The notes beneath the pieces are model-generated. The model worked only from the letters and a program-made list of their open reading frames with translations. It was not told where the DNA came from and did not search any database. This document shows, one piece after another, positions 49,166 to 61,918 of a stretch of 64,000 nucleotides of DNA. The translations under genes were made by a program, and so were the position numbers. Source of the stretch: Microthyrium microscopicum (taxonomy: Eukaryota). The stretch is from positions 1,251,530-1,315,529 of the forward strand of contig MU004238.1 of the NCBI GenBank assembly GCA_010405405.1, in the 5' to 3' direction. Numbering within the stretch: position 1 is the first letter of the stretch; each line of letters starts with the position of its first letter.

Positions 49166-50508
49166 TTAGTATCTCCGTTTCGATCTCGAGTCGTCGTACT
49201 GGTCGCCTTCGTGCGGTCGCTTTCGGTGTTCATCCCGACCATACCCACCTTCACGATCGCGGTCGCGATAATTGCCACCGCTGCTGCCGCGAGGAGCAAC
49301 GGGCTCGCGATTGCTGCCACTTCCGCGGGCCCTATCATCGTAAGAGCGTCCGCCATTGCGATCCTCATACCTTCCATTGGCTCCTCGGTCTCCACGGTCG
49401 CTTCCACCCCTATCTCCGCCATAGCCACCTTCTCTCCGGGGTCCTCTAGGTCCAGATGGTGCGCCATCCGGGGCAATTGGAGGACCATTTCCGTTGGATT
49501 GGTAGCCCACTCCGTTTCTTCCGCCACCTCTATCTCCGCCAAATCCTCCACGGAAGCTGCCACCTCGATCCTGGAACCCACCTGCGCCTCCTCGAAAGCC
49601 TCCGCCACGGCCGCCGCGAAAGCCACCGCCAAAGTCGCGCTGTCCTCGAAATCCTCCTGGGCCAGCTGGAGGTCCATTAAATCCTCCGGGTCCCATAGGT
49701 CTGGAGGAAAGGGCTTTCGTGTATCCGCGGCCGCCAAGCCCACCCCCGAAGCGACGAGGGCGCCAGCCATTAACTGTTCGACCTCTCTCTACATCGACTA
49801 GAACACGACGATCTTTGATACGTATACCATCGGTTTCCTTGTACGCGGCTGTTTCGTGTCAGTTCTGAGCATTTACGCTTACCTGCAATGAGTTATTGGT
49901 TATATCTTACCCTTCATATCACTTTCACGTTCAAACACAACGAAAGCATAACCTTTCTGTTTCTTCTTTTTTGGGGCATCTTTATCAGCGAATGGGTTAG
50001 TGACGATCCGAATCTATGCAAGTTAGTACGGTTAATGGATAGAACACGAGATTGCATACTCTTTCAATAGGACCAAATCGTCCAAACTCGTTTTCAAGAT
50101 CTTTGACTTCAGTGTCATAGTTCAAACGAGCAACGAATAAGGTCTTGTAAGCATCGCCGAAACCGCGCTTCTTTCCCTCTTCTGTGGGATTGTCTACACC
50201 ATTGTGTTAGTACTAGATTTGTATCGAAAGATCCGGTAAAGCTTACACTCTTTGATATCTACTGTAAGCATTTTCTCCAGCTTTTCTTTGCGTTCCAGCT
50301 TGCGTCGATCGCGACGCTGTAGCCAGCTCTCAGTAGGGTTGTAAACATCAGTAGCTTTGTATTCTTCGAGAGCCTGCAGATATTGACCAACACCTTCTAC
50401 TGGAGCAGTGCGTCGCTCTCCGGGCGCATGATCGCAAGGAAGAAGGTAACGCAAGGGTGGCCGTGGAGTGAAGAGCGCAAGTAGATTCGGCGGAAGTTTG
50501 TCGGTCAT
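49166..50508 (-). CDS. SNP1: U1 snRNP 70 kDa protein
   Basis: [25 protein letters not shown] ([42 protein letters not shown]) and an RGG/RD tail. Three introns (~50194-50246, ~50014-50059, 49849-49910). Confidence 0.95.
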
Positions 50509-50865
50509 TGCTGCGGTCCGCGATGAATTGTACGGCGAATGGTCAAGTGTCGCTAGTTGTCCTGCATATCTCAGCGCTCAATAAAGATGCGCTGAAGTTC
50601 TTGGAGATGAAGGAGAGATGGATGGATGAGTATCAGGCAGCTGTCATCTGTCGCGTTGCAAAGGAGTTTTGGAGTTTCACCCTTTGAGCGCGCTAGATTC
50701 ATCACGTGCTAGCGTTTGACGCCTAAACTTTTTGCAACAGCCGCGGATCAGCAATGGAAAAAGGATCACATACGCCGACTCTTGTGACTTTACTCCAGGC
50801 CACCATTACAGCTCACTCCATGACATACACTCCAATCTCAGAACGATCGAGTCATTGAGGTAGAC

Positions 50866-51366
50866 ATGGTAGTGAGAGCAATTCACGCCGTGTCCAAGCC
50901 GCAGGTATGCTCTGTACAGAATGCGACAACAACTTCACTTTACTAACACTAGCAGAATGGCGTGGGCGCATTCGTGGTCCAATGCAAGAAACTCGAGTTT
51001 TACTACTGCGACTGGGCTGGCTCTTCCAAGGGAATGAATTCATTCATCCGCCATCAACTTCCCCTCTTCGCTCAACGAAATCCACAAGTCGAGATGACTG
51101 TCACGCCTAGGCCACGCAGACACCCGTTCGTACGAGCATCATACGTTAATGGTCAAGCAAAAGTCGTTTGCCTGCGAAATCTCGAGAAACTTCAGATACT
51201 CGACAAAGTCCGGCTGATGAAGAGCGACAACGGCGAAAAGCTAAAGCGAGTCAACAAGCCAGTCACCAGTATCAATGACGGCGTTCGAGGCATATTCAGT
51301 CATTTGCACAGCAACAAGTTGAGCATCGGTCTGGAGGGCATGGAGCTCAAGAAAAAGAAGAAATGA
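50866..51366 (+). CDS. MRPL51: Mitochondrial large-subunit ribosomal protein mL43 (yeast MRPL51)
   Basis: MVVRAI...PQ|NGVGAFVVQCKKLEFYYCDWAGSSKGM. Intron ~50905-50955. Confidence 0.92.
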
Positions 51367-51774
51367 AGGGCTGCTCAACTCCATCATGAAAGGTCGCACG
51401 CAGATGCAAGAATCACGAGCCTGACATACATCTGACCCTACGGGGGTATTTGTTGCATTATCCAAGGCCTTGGATGCCTACAGACAGTCACTGTGTATGG
51501 GCGAGCATATAATCCAGATATCTGGGCAATCAGAGGCCTATAAAAGCTCGGGTAAAGCGTTGATACCCAAAGCTCAAGCAGTGTATTATACTGTACAAAT
51601 AGAAGATCATATTACACGTCGCTTGACTGCCTTGTGTACTCGAGTTTCCCATGCAGGACGGTTCCAACAACAGTTGAACGGAAGATAGAATATCACGTAA
51701 GGATATCCACGGCCAACGAGTAACAGACTGTATGTATGTATGCATGGTATTATTCGCTTCAAATATTGTCTATT

Positions 51775-53374
51775 CTATGTTGATGATAGGGGCTCTTTCT
51801 TCATGGTTTGAACAAACGCCTGCAGAGCGATCTCAGGTTCTAGAGCCTCAATTAGCAACAAGATCAACAAACACGGATAGTGAATGTAACTTACGATATG
51901 CTGGTACCGTGTGACCAGCGTTATAAACCCGCAGGAACGCCAAATTCTTAACCGTCTTGAACGATCCCTTCTCCTTCCCATTGACCTTATACGGCTGCAA
52001 AGCTCTCGATTTGAATTCCGCCTGGCCTGGATATTTGACATCGTTCGCGGTATAGAAGTTGCCCATCCAATTACAGATCCAATCCGAATCGCCTGCCCAT
52101 ACCAAGACTTGTGCTCCACTATTCACAACTTCCTCCAAAGCGCCCAAGAAGTTCCTCGAATCTGCTAATACGTTAGAAACTGTTCTCCATCATCTCCGGC
52201 TCCATATTCAGACTTACCATCGCCTGTACTTTGGAACCTCGCTTGTATCTGTCTTGGACACTCATTGTACTTCTGCTTCGCTCCAATCATCGTCTGAACC
52301 GCCGGCTGCTGCAACCACTTCTCATATGTCTGCGGTGGCCACTTGCCACGCCTCCCCTTGCGCACATCATACACATCAAAGTCGCCCGCCATACTAATTG
52401 GGCTCTCTATGCCAATCTTGCAAGTATTCATTGCACTCCTACACGACGCGTCCGTCGAGTCCGCCCAGCATTTTTTCAGCGCTGGCGCACAACTCTGTTC
52501 CAACAGCTGCGTATACCGTCCCGCTGTAGTTGAGCTGATCAACGGCTTATGCGAATTGTTCGCCGCAAAGTCAATCATGCCCTTGTAGGCATCATACGGA
52601 TTGACCCACGCATTGTTTATGCCGAGGGCGGAGAAGTTTATCTTGGTGGCGTTGATTTTGCCAGAGGCTATGGCTTTGTTTTGGTCGAGAATGTATTTTG
52701 CGAAACCAGGACCGTAGTGGCCACCGTAAGACTCGGTCCAGATTGCAAACTCGCGGGAGGTGTATTCGGGGAATTTGGCGTAAAAAGCTTGTATCAGGTT
52801 CCAAATGAGTTTGGCGGCGCCCGTAGTTGAGTCGACGGTGCTGCTGCCGGTGCTGAAGCCGACGCCAATGGGTTGGTCAATGTAGAGCATATTGGCGTAA
52901 TCGTTCCAGGAGTATGGGTTGTTGGATGGCTTGTCCATGGCTTCGCCATTGTTCCAGGAGCAGGGGCCATGTTCCTGAAAAGCACATTGTCGGTGATGGC
53001 TATGAAGAGTGCTGAATTGGATAACGTACCTGGAATAGCCCGATCATGGACGAACAGCCAGGTCCGCCATTGAACCAGGCTGCCAAAGGTGCCTTCTCTG
53101 GATCTTTCCGCGCTTCAAAGAACCAGAACCACATGTTCATGTTCGCTCCCACTGACAGGTACCCACTGAACTGCTTAACCTGCTTATTCTCCTCACACAA
53201 GCCCGGATTCGAAGTAAACTCCAATGTAGAGCCCGTCTCCGCATGCTCAAATATCGTCACCGTCGCGCCATTTCGCTTGAATATCCGAGTCGTTGATCCC
53301 TCTGGCTGCTTCTTCTCAAATAGTCCACCCGCCGCCGCCAATCCCGCCAGTGCCAAAAGTCCAAGAACACGCAT
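51775..53374 (-). CDS. Secreted serine carboxypeptidase (S10 family)
   Basis: Signal peptide MRVLGLLALAGLAAA, WFNGGPGCSS, DQPIGVGFS, ESYGG (Ser), GDSDWICN (Asp) and AGHTVP (His). Three introns. Confidence 0.93.
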
Positions 53375-54710
53375 CCTGTAGACCTGCCCACGAAATGAAC
53401 TATGCAAGAAGGGTCGAGACGTGTCCAGTGGCAATGCAACGAACGTTTGAAGCGAACACACCGGAAATGAGAGACAAAGTTGAAAGTAAACCACCGCTAT
53501 CGTGCTCTCAGGGATTCCATTGAGCATTAATATCACCGCCACGCGCCGAGTACCCCAGCATTGGCTCTGTCGGAGCTTTTACAACTGTGCCTGCTTAAAC
53601 TCTACAGCACCAGGGTCCAGGGCCAATGCCCTTCTGGGGAGATTACGTACTGGCCAGTTTGCCATGGACTAGGCATAACTAGTTCGAAGAGGGACAATGC
53701 TTGGCTATCAAATGTACATTTGAGTATTTAGCAAAAGATGAGGACGCGGATGGTAGGGTAAGCTTGCTCGCCGCGTAGGATATTGATTGTGAGCTAGGGC
53801 AGAATCGCACTATTCCCCGAAGATTCAAGATTTCGATTGATATGTTCCCTTACGTTACGCAGATGAGGCGAGACGCCAAAAGATTGGAGTGGAAACTTGC
53901 CCAGAGATCGACTTTGGGAATCTAATTTATTCGCTATCTGATTATGGATCAGACGGAATATACCAAGCACTCTGGGGGACATGCTAGCGAGAGAAGCTGC
54001 GAGTAGGGGCAGGGCTTGTTGATACTAGAAGCTATGGTCTTATATAGATATCGGCCCGATCGCTGACCACTCGTGTACAGTTAGTTTGAGCTTCCTTTAA
54101 TGACAGATCCTGGAGCGCCACAAGATCAACACCAGTATGTGCCTATAAGCAGGCAAGGCACTGTCAGGGGCGCCGAATCTAGTTTTAGTATCCTTGCATT
54201 TTATACCACTGACATATCAGTAGTGAGGTGTAACTTACGCCTGTGGGAACATGGGAAGCCAACCTGAACGATAACTGAATTGCGAAAGGCAGTAATTATC
54301 AGACTTAGCTATCAACTAGCTATTTCGCGTAAGCCTTGTGTCCCTCATATTCCAGCTCCATCTTTTTACACCCTCCTTCGAGATGAGAATGATACTTGAC
54401 TATCGTCCCACGCCCGGCTAGCACTGCTGGCTCCACCGCTCCCAGTATGCAAGAAAAGAGAGAATTACCCCCTGAGATATAAAACACGTCAAAAACAAGG
54501 GTATCGTCGTATACGCGAACTCTAAAAGCCGAGATATTAGGAAAATCGTGAAGGAGTATCAATCGTGTGTATAAGAATGATGACAAGGTAAATATGTGAG
54601 TTGAGAATGGGAAGCGGCATGTTGCTGGCAGGCAAGTGTGCATTTGAGCAGCAAGTTTGACATAGTTTGTTTGTCGTTATTAAATTGTCGGAGTCGGAAG
54701 GTGTGAAAGG

Positions 54711-57700
54711 CTAGCGCTTCTCCGTGGGCTCTTCTAGCTCCTGGATTCTGTGAGGTAGACCACTAGGTATGTTCATGCGCTGGGATTTCTGAGAGACAGG
54801 CTCTGGTGTTCTATCCTGCGAAGTGTTTCGCTTGTCTGGAACACTCGAGTGTCCTGTGGTTGGAGTGGCAGAATTGGGTGTTATAGACTTTGTAGTCGCG
54901 AGGCTGGTGCTGCTCGTGTCCCGCTTCAAGGTTGCCGTCTCAGTGGCTTCTTTCATGGTGTTCAGGGGCGAATGAAAATTGTGAGAAGCTGGGGATTCAG
55001 AATCTTTGCTGGCTTGTGAGCCATCGGCTTGTGAGACAGTGTGTCGATCTGATGTTCGTGGGGAAAGTCGTCCTTGCTATGATATAAGTTAGTAACATGT
55101 GGAAAATCTTAGCACGCAATATATACCTGTTTGGCCCAGCGGAGACCACAGCTGTTGCAAAGATCACGATTTCCGCTTGGTCCTCTTCGCCATTCGGGCG
55201 TTGATATTGTATGACAGTTTGCGCAGTCTTTTTGCATCATGCCCGCGCCCCGACGTCTCTTGCGCTTTTTCTTTGAGGCCAAGAGCTGTTGCACTTCTTC
55301 TGCCAGAACGCGATTCCTCCTTTCCAGTTGGCGCAACTCAAACTGCCAGCTAGAGCTTTTGGTGGTCTTCAATTCGTCAAAGGCATTCTCTTCTGATGCC
55401 AAACTTTCGTCTTGGTGCCCTAGAGGAGTAGCGAGCGCACCGGCCCGTGAAACGATAACCCCCGTTGTGGTTCGGAACTTATCGTTCATAATAGTGGAAC
55501 TCATGGAGACTGGCGTGCTGCTACCCAGAGAAGGGCCATCTACAGATCGACCATGAGACGTCACCGAACCAGTTGATCTCATCGATTCAACTTTAAGTCC
55601 CGCTAAGGAAGGTCGACTTATGGAACGTTGATACTTTATGAGTCGAGTTTGGCCAATGACAAAGGTCGGCTTCTGTCCCTCCACAGCATCACCAGGATAG
55701 AGCCACGTGTGAGCCTGGAGTACCTGGCCCCTCCGGTTGATTGCTTCATGTCGTAGTGAGGCACTTTTGCCTGTGAGAACAAGAGTAAGAATCCTATCAA
55801 ACTCGGCTTTGGATTCTGCTCGCATTATGTTTTGCATGTTGGTGCCCATCAACTCATCGGGATGTTTGTCGAGTAATCCCTTGACGTGACTCGAGACATA
55901 GAGAAACATGCCCGTTGTTGACAGCTTGCTCCACATCTCGTGGTCACCTATGCCACCTGCCGTCATTATGATGGCTTTGCTCAATGTGTAGACAGGCCTC
56001 GTCCGGCCCACTAAAATGATGCACTTTTTGCCCTTGCCATGGTCGGTATGTAAGCAACCGTGACTCTCGAACCAGACGTAGCCGTTCTGCTTGCGACGAA
56101 TCCGGAACACTACGCTGACGGATGAGCCGCTCTGAGTGTCCTTGAGCTCTCTCGTGACTGGAACGATGTCGCTAGGGTGACAGACAGATGATAGTGCGGT
56201 ACCGACTAGTTCAGAGGGGTCGTATTCGAGAACTTTACCACATGCGGGCGATAAATACAGAAACAGTCCCTTCAACGATAAGACATGGATAACGTCATCA
56301 GAATTCTCGAGAATCATCTTCTCGACCATTCGCTTAGAGTAGTCATTGTCGCTTGAACCGAGAGTTGAGAGTATTGTAGACACTTCGTCACGAGATATTG
56401 ATTGACCTTGATCCATGATCGTTGCAGGATCAGGAGGTGCTAATGTATATGCTTGTAAATTTGGGTTGCGCTGATAATTCATTGAATAAGTTCCGTCTGG
56501 ATTTCGCGCAGACACTGCGGTCGGGTTTTCGACTAGATCAACTTGGAACCCCACGAACTGCAAAGCTTCTCCGTTTCCGTCCAAGAGAGGAATCATTGTC
56601 AGAAGGTTCATGAACGGTTGCCCTCCTTTGCGGTAGTTGATTAAGCTGATTTGTGCTTCAGTGCGAGTGGTGATGGAATTCTTCAGATAAAGCACTGAAT
56701 CATCATCACAATACTTGCGCTTGACACCGGATTCGACCTTTCCATCGGGAGACTGGAGAAATCGGCAGTTTTGACCTATGATTTCGTACTTGTTGTACCC
56801 AGTCAGTCTTTCAAAACTGTCAGAGCAGTAAATAATTGGATTATCGTGCGATCTGGCGTCGCATACTACGAAGGCGCAAGACAGATCAACAGCTCCGATT
56901 TGGATCTGTGGGTTCTTTCTGGTATGCACCCGAAACTAATAGCGTTAGCATGACTGGTTTAAGCGACGCCTGATCTGTTCCATTACCAATGTGTCCAAGA
57001 GATTGTAACCACTTGGCGCATATATATCTCGGTACTGATTTGTTTCCATGTGTGGTTTAGCACCTAACATTGTTGATGGCCATCCACCTATATGAGTTGT
57101 TAGAGCTCTGACTTTCTTGAAAAGGTAATTTTCAAACCTTCAGGTTCGCTCCAGGGTAATGATAACCCCCCTATAGTGGACATTTTAGGTGGCTGAGAGC
57201 TTTTGGTCTTCGTAGAAGCTGTACTGGTCGTTGCGGGCCGTTTATCGGCCGTTGATGCTATGGCGGAAGAGACAGTTACTGTTGTCAGAGGGGCGGCTTG
57301 CGAATAAGACGATGCCTGTGTAGTTATTGGCATCATTTGGAAGTCGCGTGAAGCGGTTGAAGTCAATATGGTGTCCAGTTGTGCCCCATTTTCCATATTT
57401 TCTCCTCCGATACTCTGTTGTTGTCCATAAACCGTATTATCAAAGGTCCCGTTCATAGGTGCTGTGAAAGTGGGAGAACCGAACTGTTGCGCTGAGAACA
57501 TATCGTTCATCCTACTGATGTCTGCATCACTCATCATGGTATTCATATCCAAACCCATGTTTCCCGGGTTGTCTGGAAAAGGATTGTTGAAATCGGTATC
57601 GTAAGGCGATGGAAAAACATCACTAGTGGCGGAGAGTTGGCCAAATGCCATGGCGCTTGGGTATTGTGTATTAACCGACAAGCCGGTCATTGATATATCC

Positions 57701-58110
57701 TTGGGTTCCATCTCGGGCATCTGATTGCTGTACTGATTGTTCATGGATTGCGCAAAATTGGGATTCATGGACGGGTCGAAGGTGAACTGGCTTAGCGAAC
57801 CGCTGGGTTGCTGGTTCATGTATTCAACCATAGATAAGCGGCGCATTCCTGGATCGACAGTATCAGATCCGCTGGAGAAAGCCATCGGAGGGACGCTTTG
57901 CCTTCGTGGTTCCTTGTGATTCTTTTGCAAGTCGACGTCGGGGTTCATGGTGGACTGCTGCCGCTCCGAGTCGGCTAGGTTTTGCATTGAGCCTCCCAAA
58001 TCCATGACTCCGAGGGCCATCTGCCGCTGGGCAGTCGATTGTTGTTGGACATTAAGAGATTGTTGTGAATTGTTTTGATAAGCGGGATCGAAAGGGTTGA
58101 AATTGTTCAT
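54711..58110 (-). CDS. wc-1: Blue-light photoreceptor White Collar-1 (LOV, PAS, PAS, GATA zinc finger)
   Basis: [11 protein letters not shown] motif, two further PAS domains, [11 protein letters not shown] and [33 protein letters not shown]-rich N-terminus and three introns. Confidence 0.96.
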
Positions 58111-58468
58111 TACGCGCAGAGGGAAGAAGGAGTGGTAGACGAGGGAACCACTGGGGAGAAAGGAAGGGAAGAGCGGCAACTAGGATGGATTCTGGAACTG
58201 CATTCGACCCTGGGTGCCTGGGTAGCGCAAAATAGAGGCAGCGTGCAGGGTGTCTTGGTATGGCCGACAGCGTGGGCCTTGGGCCTGGCTGCTAACAAAG
58301 TCTACTACTGTGTCGTAGCACCTGTTGGTCGCGAGCGGTCATGTGCTGGGATATCATAGAAAATACAGTACGGCTTCCAGACAGACAAAAAGGATCAAGC
58401 AAAACCTTTTGGGCTTGGAATTGACGATAGATGAAGATGGAGGTTGAAGGGATTGATGAGCCGATATT

Positions 58469-58716
58469 GAGTATGGTAGATGGAGTATGGTAGATGGAGT
58501 ATGGTAGATGGAGTATGGTAGATGGAGTATGGTAGATGGAGTATGGTAGATGGAGTATGNNNNNNNNNNNNNNNNNNNNGAGTATGGTAGATGGAGTATG
58601 GTAGATGGAGTATGGTAGATGGAGTATGGTAGATGGAGTATGGTAGATGGAGTATGGTAGATGGAGTATGATAGATGGAGTATGGTAGATGGAGTATGGT
58701 AGATGGAGTACGGTAG
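58469..58716. repeat. 14-bp minisatellite (GAGTATGGTAGATG)n, interrupted by an assembly gap of Ns (58560-58579)
   Basis: About 6.5 copies left and about 10 copies right of the gap, with rare variants (GAGTATGATAGATG, GAGTACGGTAGA). Confidence 0.95.
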
Positions 58717-59390
58717 AGTAGAGAGAGCAAAGTGGAGAGCACGAGATGGGTACCGGGCAGCGAGCGAGACTGGCGAATACCATAAGGCAAGAAGAACATG
58801 CGTGGTGAATAAGCGCGGAAAGGTCAATCATACACCCAATTCAGCACGCGACGAGGGGACCATAGCGACTAAACATGGTAGATTGGGTAGATTACCGACT
58901 GAACATCTTTTTAAGCTTTAGAGAACATTGAATTACACGAGCTGTAGCAGCTGGCAAGCATACAGTGCATAGTTCGTACCAAACCATTACGTTTTAATGA
59001 AGCAGATTATAAATATAGCTGTATGTACCTATTGTACGGAATTTATCGAGGGCGAGGCGAGCATCAAGATGGCAATCTCAATTGCCATCAATCAAACCAT
59101 ACGATCGTCATACATTAAATCCTCCTGTGCTCCTGTGCAAAAAGTAAGCAGGGCAGGCATCCAGGCATACCAGGCCCCAGGGTCAATTGAATTATTGTAA
59201 AGAAGCAAGTTTGCCTGTGCAAGCATTGATGAGCTCGTGAAAAGGCTTAAGCGCGCGACAATATCGTCAGGGTCTAGCGCTAGTATTTGCCAATCAGCAT
59301 GTGAATGCTCTTTTTCTTTGATCAGAACCACCAGTCAACTTTCTCGTGCTCAATTGAAAGCATGGTCTTGTAATCTCTAAATCAGAAACT

Positions 59391-60802
59391 ATGATAACCA
59401 GGCGCTGCTTGCTACGGCATGGTATGTCCGGTCAACTCTCCAAAACCTCACCTCTAACTTATTAGGCCGTACTGCCCTGCAATCAGGATCTGTTCGTTCT
59501 CTCCCCGAAAGACTTCCATCACCCGCCTATTATATTCAATCCCGATCGCTACGAACGCAAGATATCCAGCTGAACATTCCGGCCGCTGCTGTCGGCAAAT
59601 CCGCCCAAGAGCTGTTTCAAGATGGCTACGTCAATGAGAACGTAGCAAGGTGGCTGCGAGAACGCGAGATTCAAGATACAATAGGCACAGTTGGCGCCTC
59701 CATTGAACCTTCATACCAACCTCACCGTCTCCTTACCCATCCTTCCGCTGTAGAAGACGTCACACTCGAGCTTCTACTCGCCTCACAATGTCATCTTGGC
59801 CACGCGACTTCGTTATGGCATCCAGGCAATGCCCGTTATATCTTTGGTGTTCGAGAAGGAATACATATTATATCACTGGAACAAACAGCAGCATACCTTC
59901 GTCGGGCTGCTAAAATTGTACATAGTACAGCAGATCGTGCTGGTATCATACTATTTGTCGGGAACCGGAAAGGTCAAGAAAGAGCTGTTGTAAATGCGGC
60001 ATCTCGGGCGGGCGGGTATCATCTCTTTGATCGATGGATAGCAGGCACCCTGACCAATGGCGCACGAATATTGGCAAAGTGTGAAAAGAAGGTTGTGGAC
60101 CACATGGATCGAGAAATTCTTGGCTTTGAAGAACAGTTGGTGACAGTGACTGCCATGAAGCCTGATTTGGTCGTCTGTCTCAATCCTGTGGAAAACAAAG
60201 TGCTATTGCATGAATGCGCGCTAAACGACATTCCAACAATTGGTATCGTTGATACGAATTGTAATCCAGCATGCGTCACATACCCAATCCCAGCCAACGA
60301 TGACAGGTACGTTGGATCTGAACCTATTATGTGATCCTACTAATTTTCCCCAAGTCTTCGATCCATACAAGTCATTGCCGGTGTCCTAGGTCGTGCCGGG
60401 CAGGCCGGACGCAGTGAACGATTAGCTCGAGCTGCGGAGGGTGAAGTTCTACCCCACGAAGAGAGACGTCTCGTCATGCCGGATAGATATCAAGGAGAAG
60501 ACGATGAAGATGAGGACGTTGATGTCATTGACATGAGAGGAGATATTGATATTGGATCCGTTCGATTCGCAGTCCCACAACCATTGACGCCAGGTGCCAG
60601 GAAGGCAAAGCAGTCAGGAAAATCAGAGCCGGAGCGGCAACTCGAAGAGTTCTACGATGAACAACAGACCAGACAGCGCACTGAGAAGCTGGTCAAGGAA
60701 GGAGGTGGAGATGACAATTTCCGAACTCTTCAGTTCTCATCACCAGAAGTTTCCCAGCTCATGAAAGACGCGGGCGACCCTTCAGACGAGTCAAAGCACT
60801 AA
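59391..60802 (+). CDS. MRP4: Mitochondrial small-subunit ribosomal protein uS2m
   Basis: MITRRCLLRH|G presequence, TLELLLASQCHLGHATSLWHPGNARYIFG, RWIAGTLTN, PDLVVCLNP and IVDTN..YPIPANDD. Introns 59422-59466 and ~60308-60353. Confidence 0.92.
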
Positions 60803-61174
60803 AAGATTCACCATACTCTTTGGCATCAGAATGACCGGGCCGCACTTCAATGCTGGCTTCTTTATTTCCTATCGCATTCGATGGGAAATACAGCACTCGG
60901 TTATTTGCGTAGTGCATGATCAACAACGTACTTACTCGATAGGAGTCTCGGGTATCGCGGATCGCTTGCTTTGACACCAAAGCGTCATACCCATTGCATA
61001 TAATGTACAATACTGCGATCAATGTAAAAACATCTCTGCAAAACCATTGAATTCAGTTTTGATATACAACGCGGTTATTATCGGCATGCCGAACAGGGGC
61101 TCAAGCTTCCGATCACGCAATGCAGTGCGCGCCCAGCTTCCAACGACGAGGCTGGAAATTCAAAAGTGACCTTT

Positions 61175-61918
61175 ACCTATCCCTAAGACTAGACATCCCC
61201 GCCAGGGGATGCCCGCCAGCTTACCCGCCAGCCAGTTCACCCGCCAGAATGCTAAGAGAAACGTAGGTACTTAAATTTCTGTTGCTACACTACTAAAAGT
61301 AAAGTATTTATATTTTTAATTAAATATATTACTTAAAATACTTATTAGGTACGATTAGATCTTTAGAATCTTTATCTTATAATAGTATTAGTATTATAGG
61401 ATTCTTAACTTTAATTTATCCTTTAGTAGCCTTTTTTTTAGCTTCCCTTACTTTTTAACGACGTTAAGTAAGATCCTCTTTATCTTATCTTTTTATAACT
61501 ACTTCTTAAAGAGATCTAACTAGTATAATATAAGGCTTACTAACGAGCTTATTTATAGACTTCTTAGATCGCTTTATCTTAGCCTTTTTAGTATAAGCTA
61601 CTATTATATCTTTAATCTACTTCCTTAAGATTTAATGTTAAGTAAAGACAATATCTAACGCTTTTATATACTTCTAAAAAGCTTTAAAAGACTTATAGAT
61701 TTATATAGTTATTTCTTATTAAATTAAATTAACTTCTCGCTTTATTCTTAGTATTAAAAGTGTCTTAAAGTAGGCTTTATTAAGCTCTAGCTATTCTTCC
61801 TCTTTAGATATTTATTCTTCTATTAAATTATTTAGAACTATAGATAAATTAAAAGACTAGATTCTAGACTCTTTCTAGCCCTTTTTAATTATTCCTAACT
61901 TTATTATTTTATGGCAGA
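61175..61918 (-). mobile_element. RIP-inactivated pogo/Fot1-type (Tc1-mariner) DNA transposon, 3' part
   Basis: Minus strand ~61813-61893 reads IIKKG*KESRI*SFNLSIVLNNL, which de-RIPs to IIKKGWKESGIWPFNPSIVL. It is followed by a TPRTKREV-like motif and a K/E/R-rich tail. Four CCCGCCAG subterminal repeats lie at 61198-61247. CpA/TpG are nearly absent. The exact left end is uncertain. Confidence 0.75.

Noticed and set aside
58469..58716. CRISPR array or telomeric repeat
   Set aside because: Head-to-tail repeats without spacers, in a eukaryotic context; the unit is not TTAGGG-like and the site is internal.
58292..58831. Three long ORF-track proteins with LHLPYSIYHTPSTI repeats
   Set aside because: They are translations of the stop-free 14-bp minisatellite across an N gap and are not credible genes (uORFs at most).
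61189..61211. Helitron 3' end (hairpin CATCCCC/GGGGATG followed by CTAG on the minus strand)
   Set aside because: The hairpin is only 1 nt from CTAG, and the adjacent sequence carries pogo transposase motifs and subterminal repeats, so a TIR element end explains it better.
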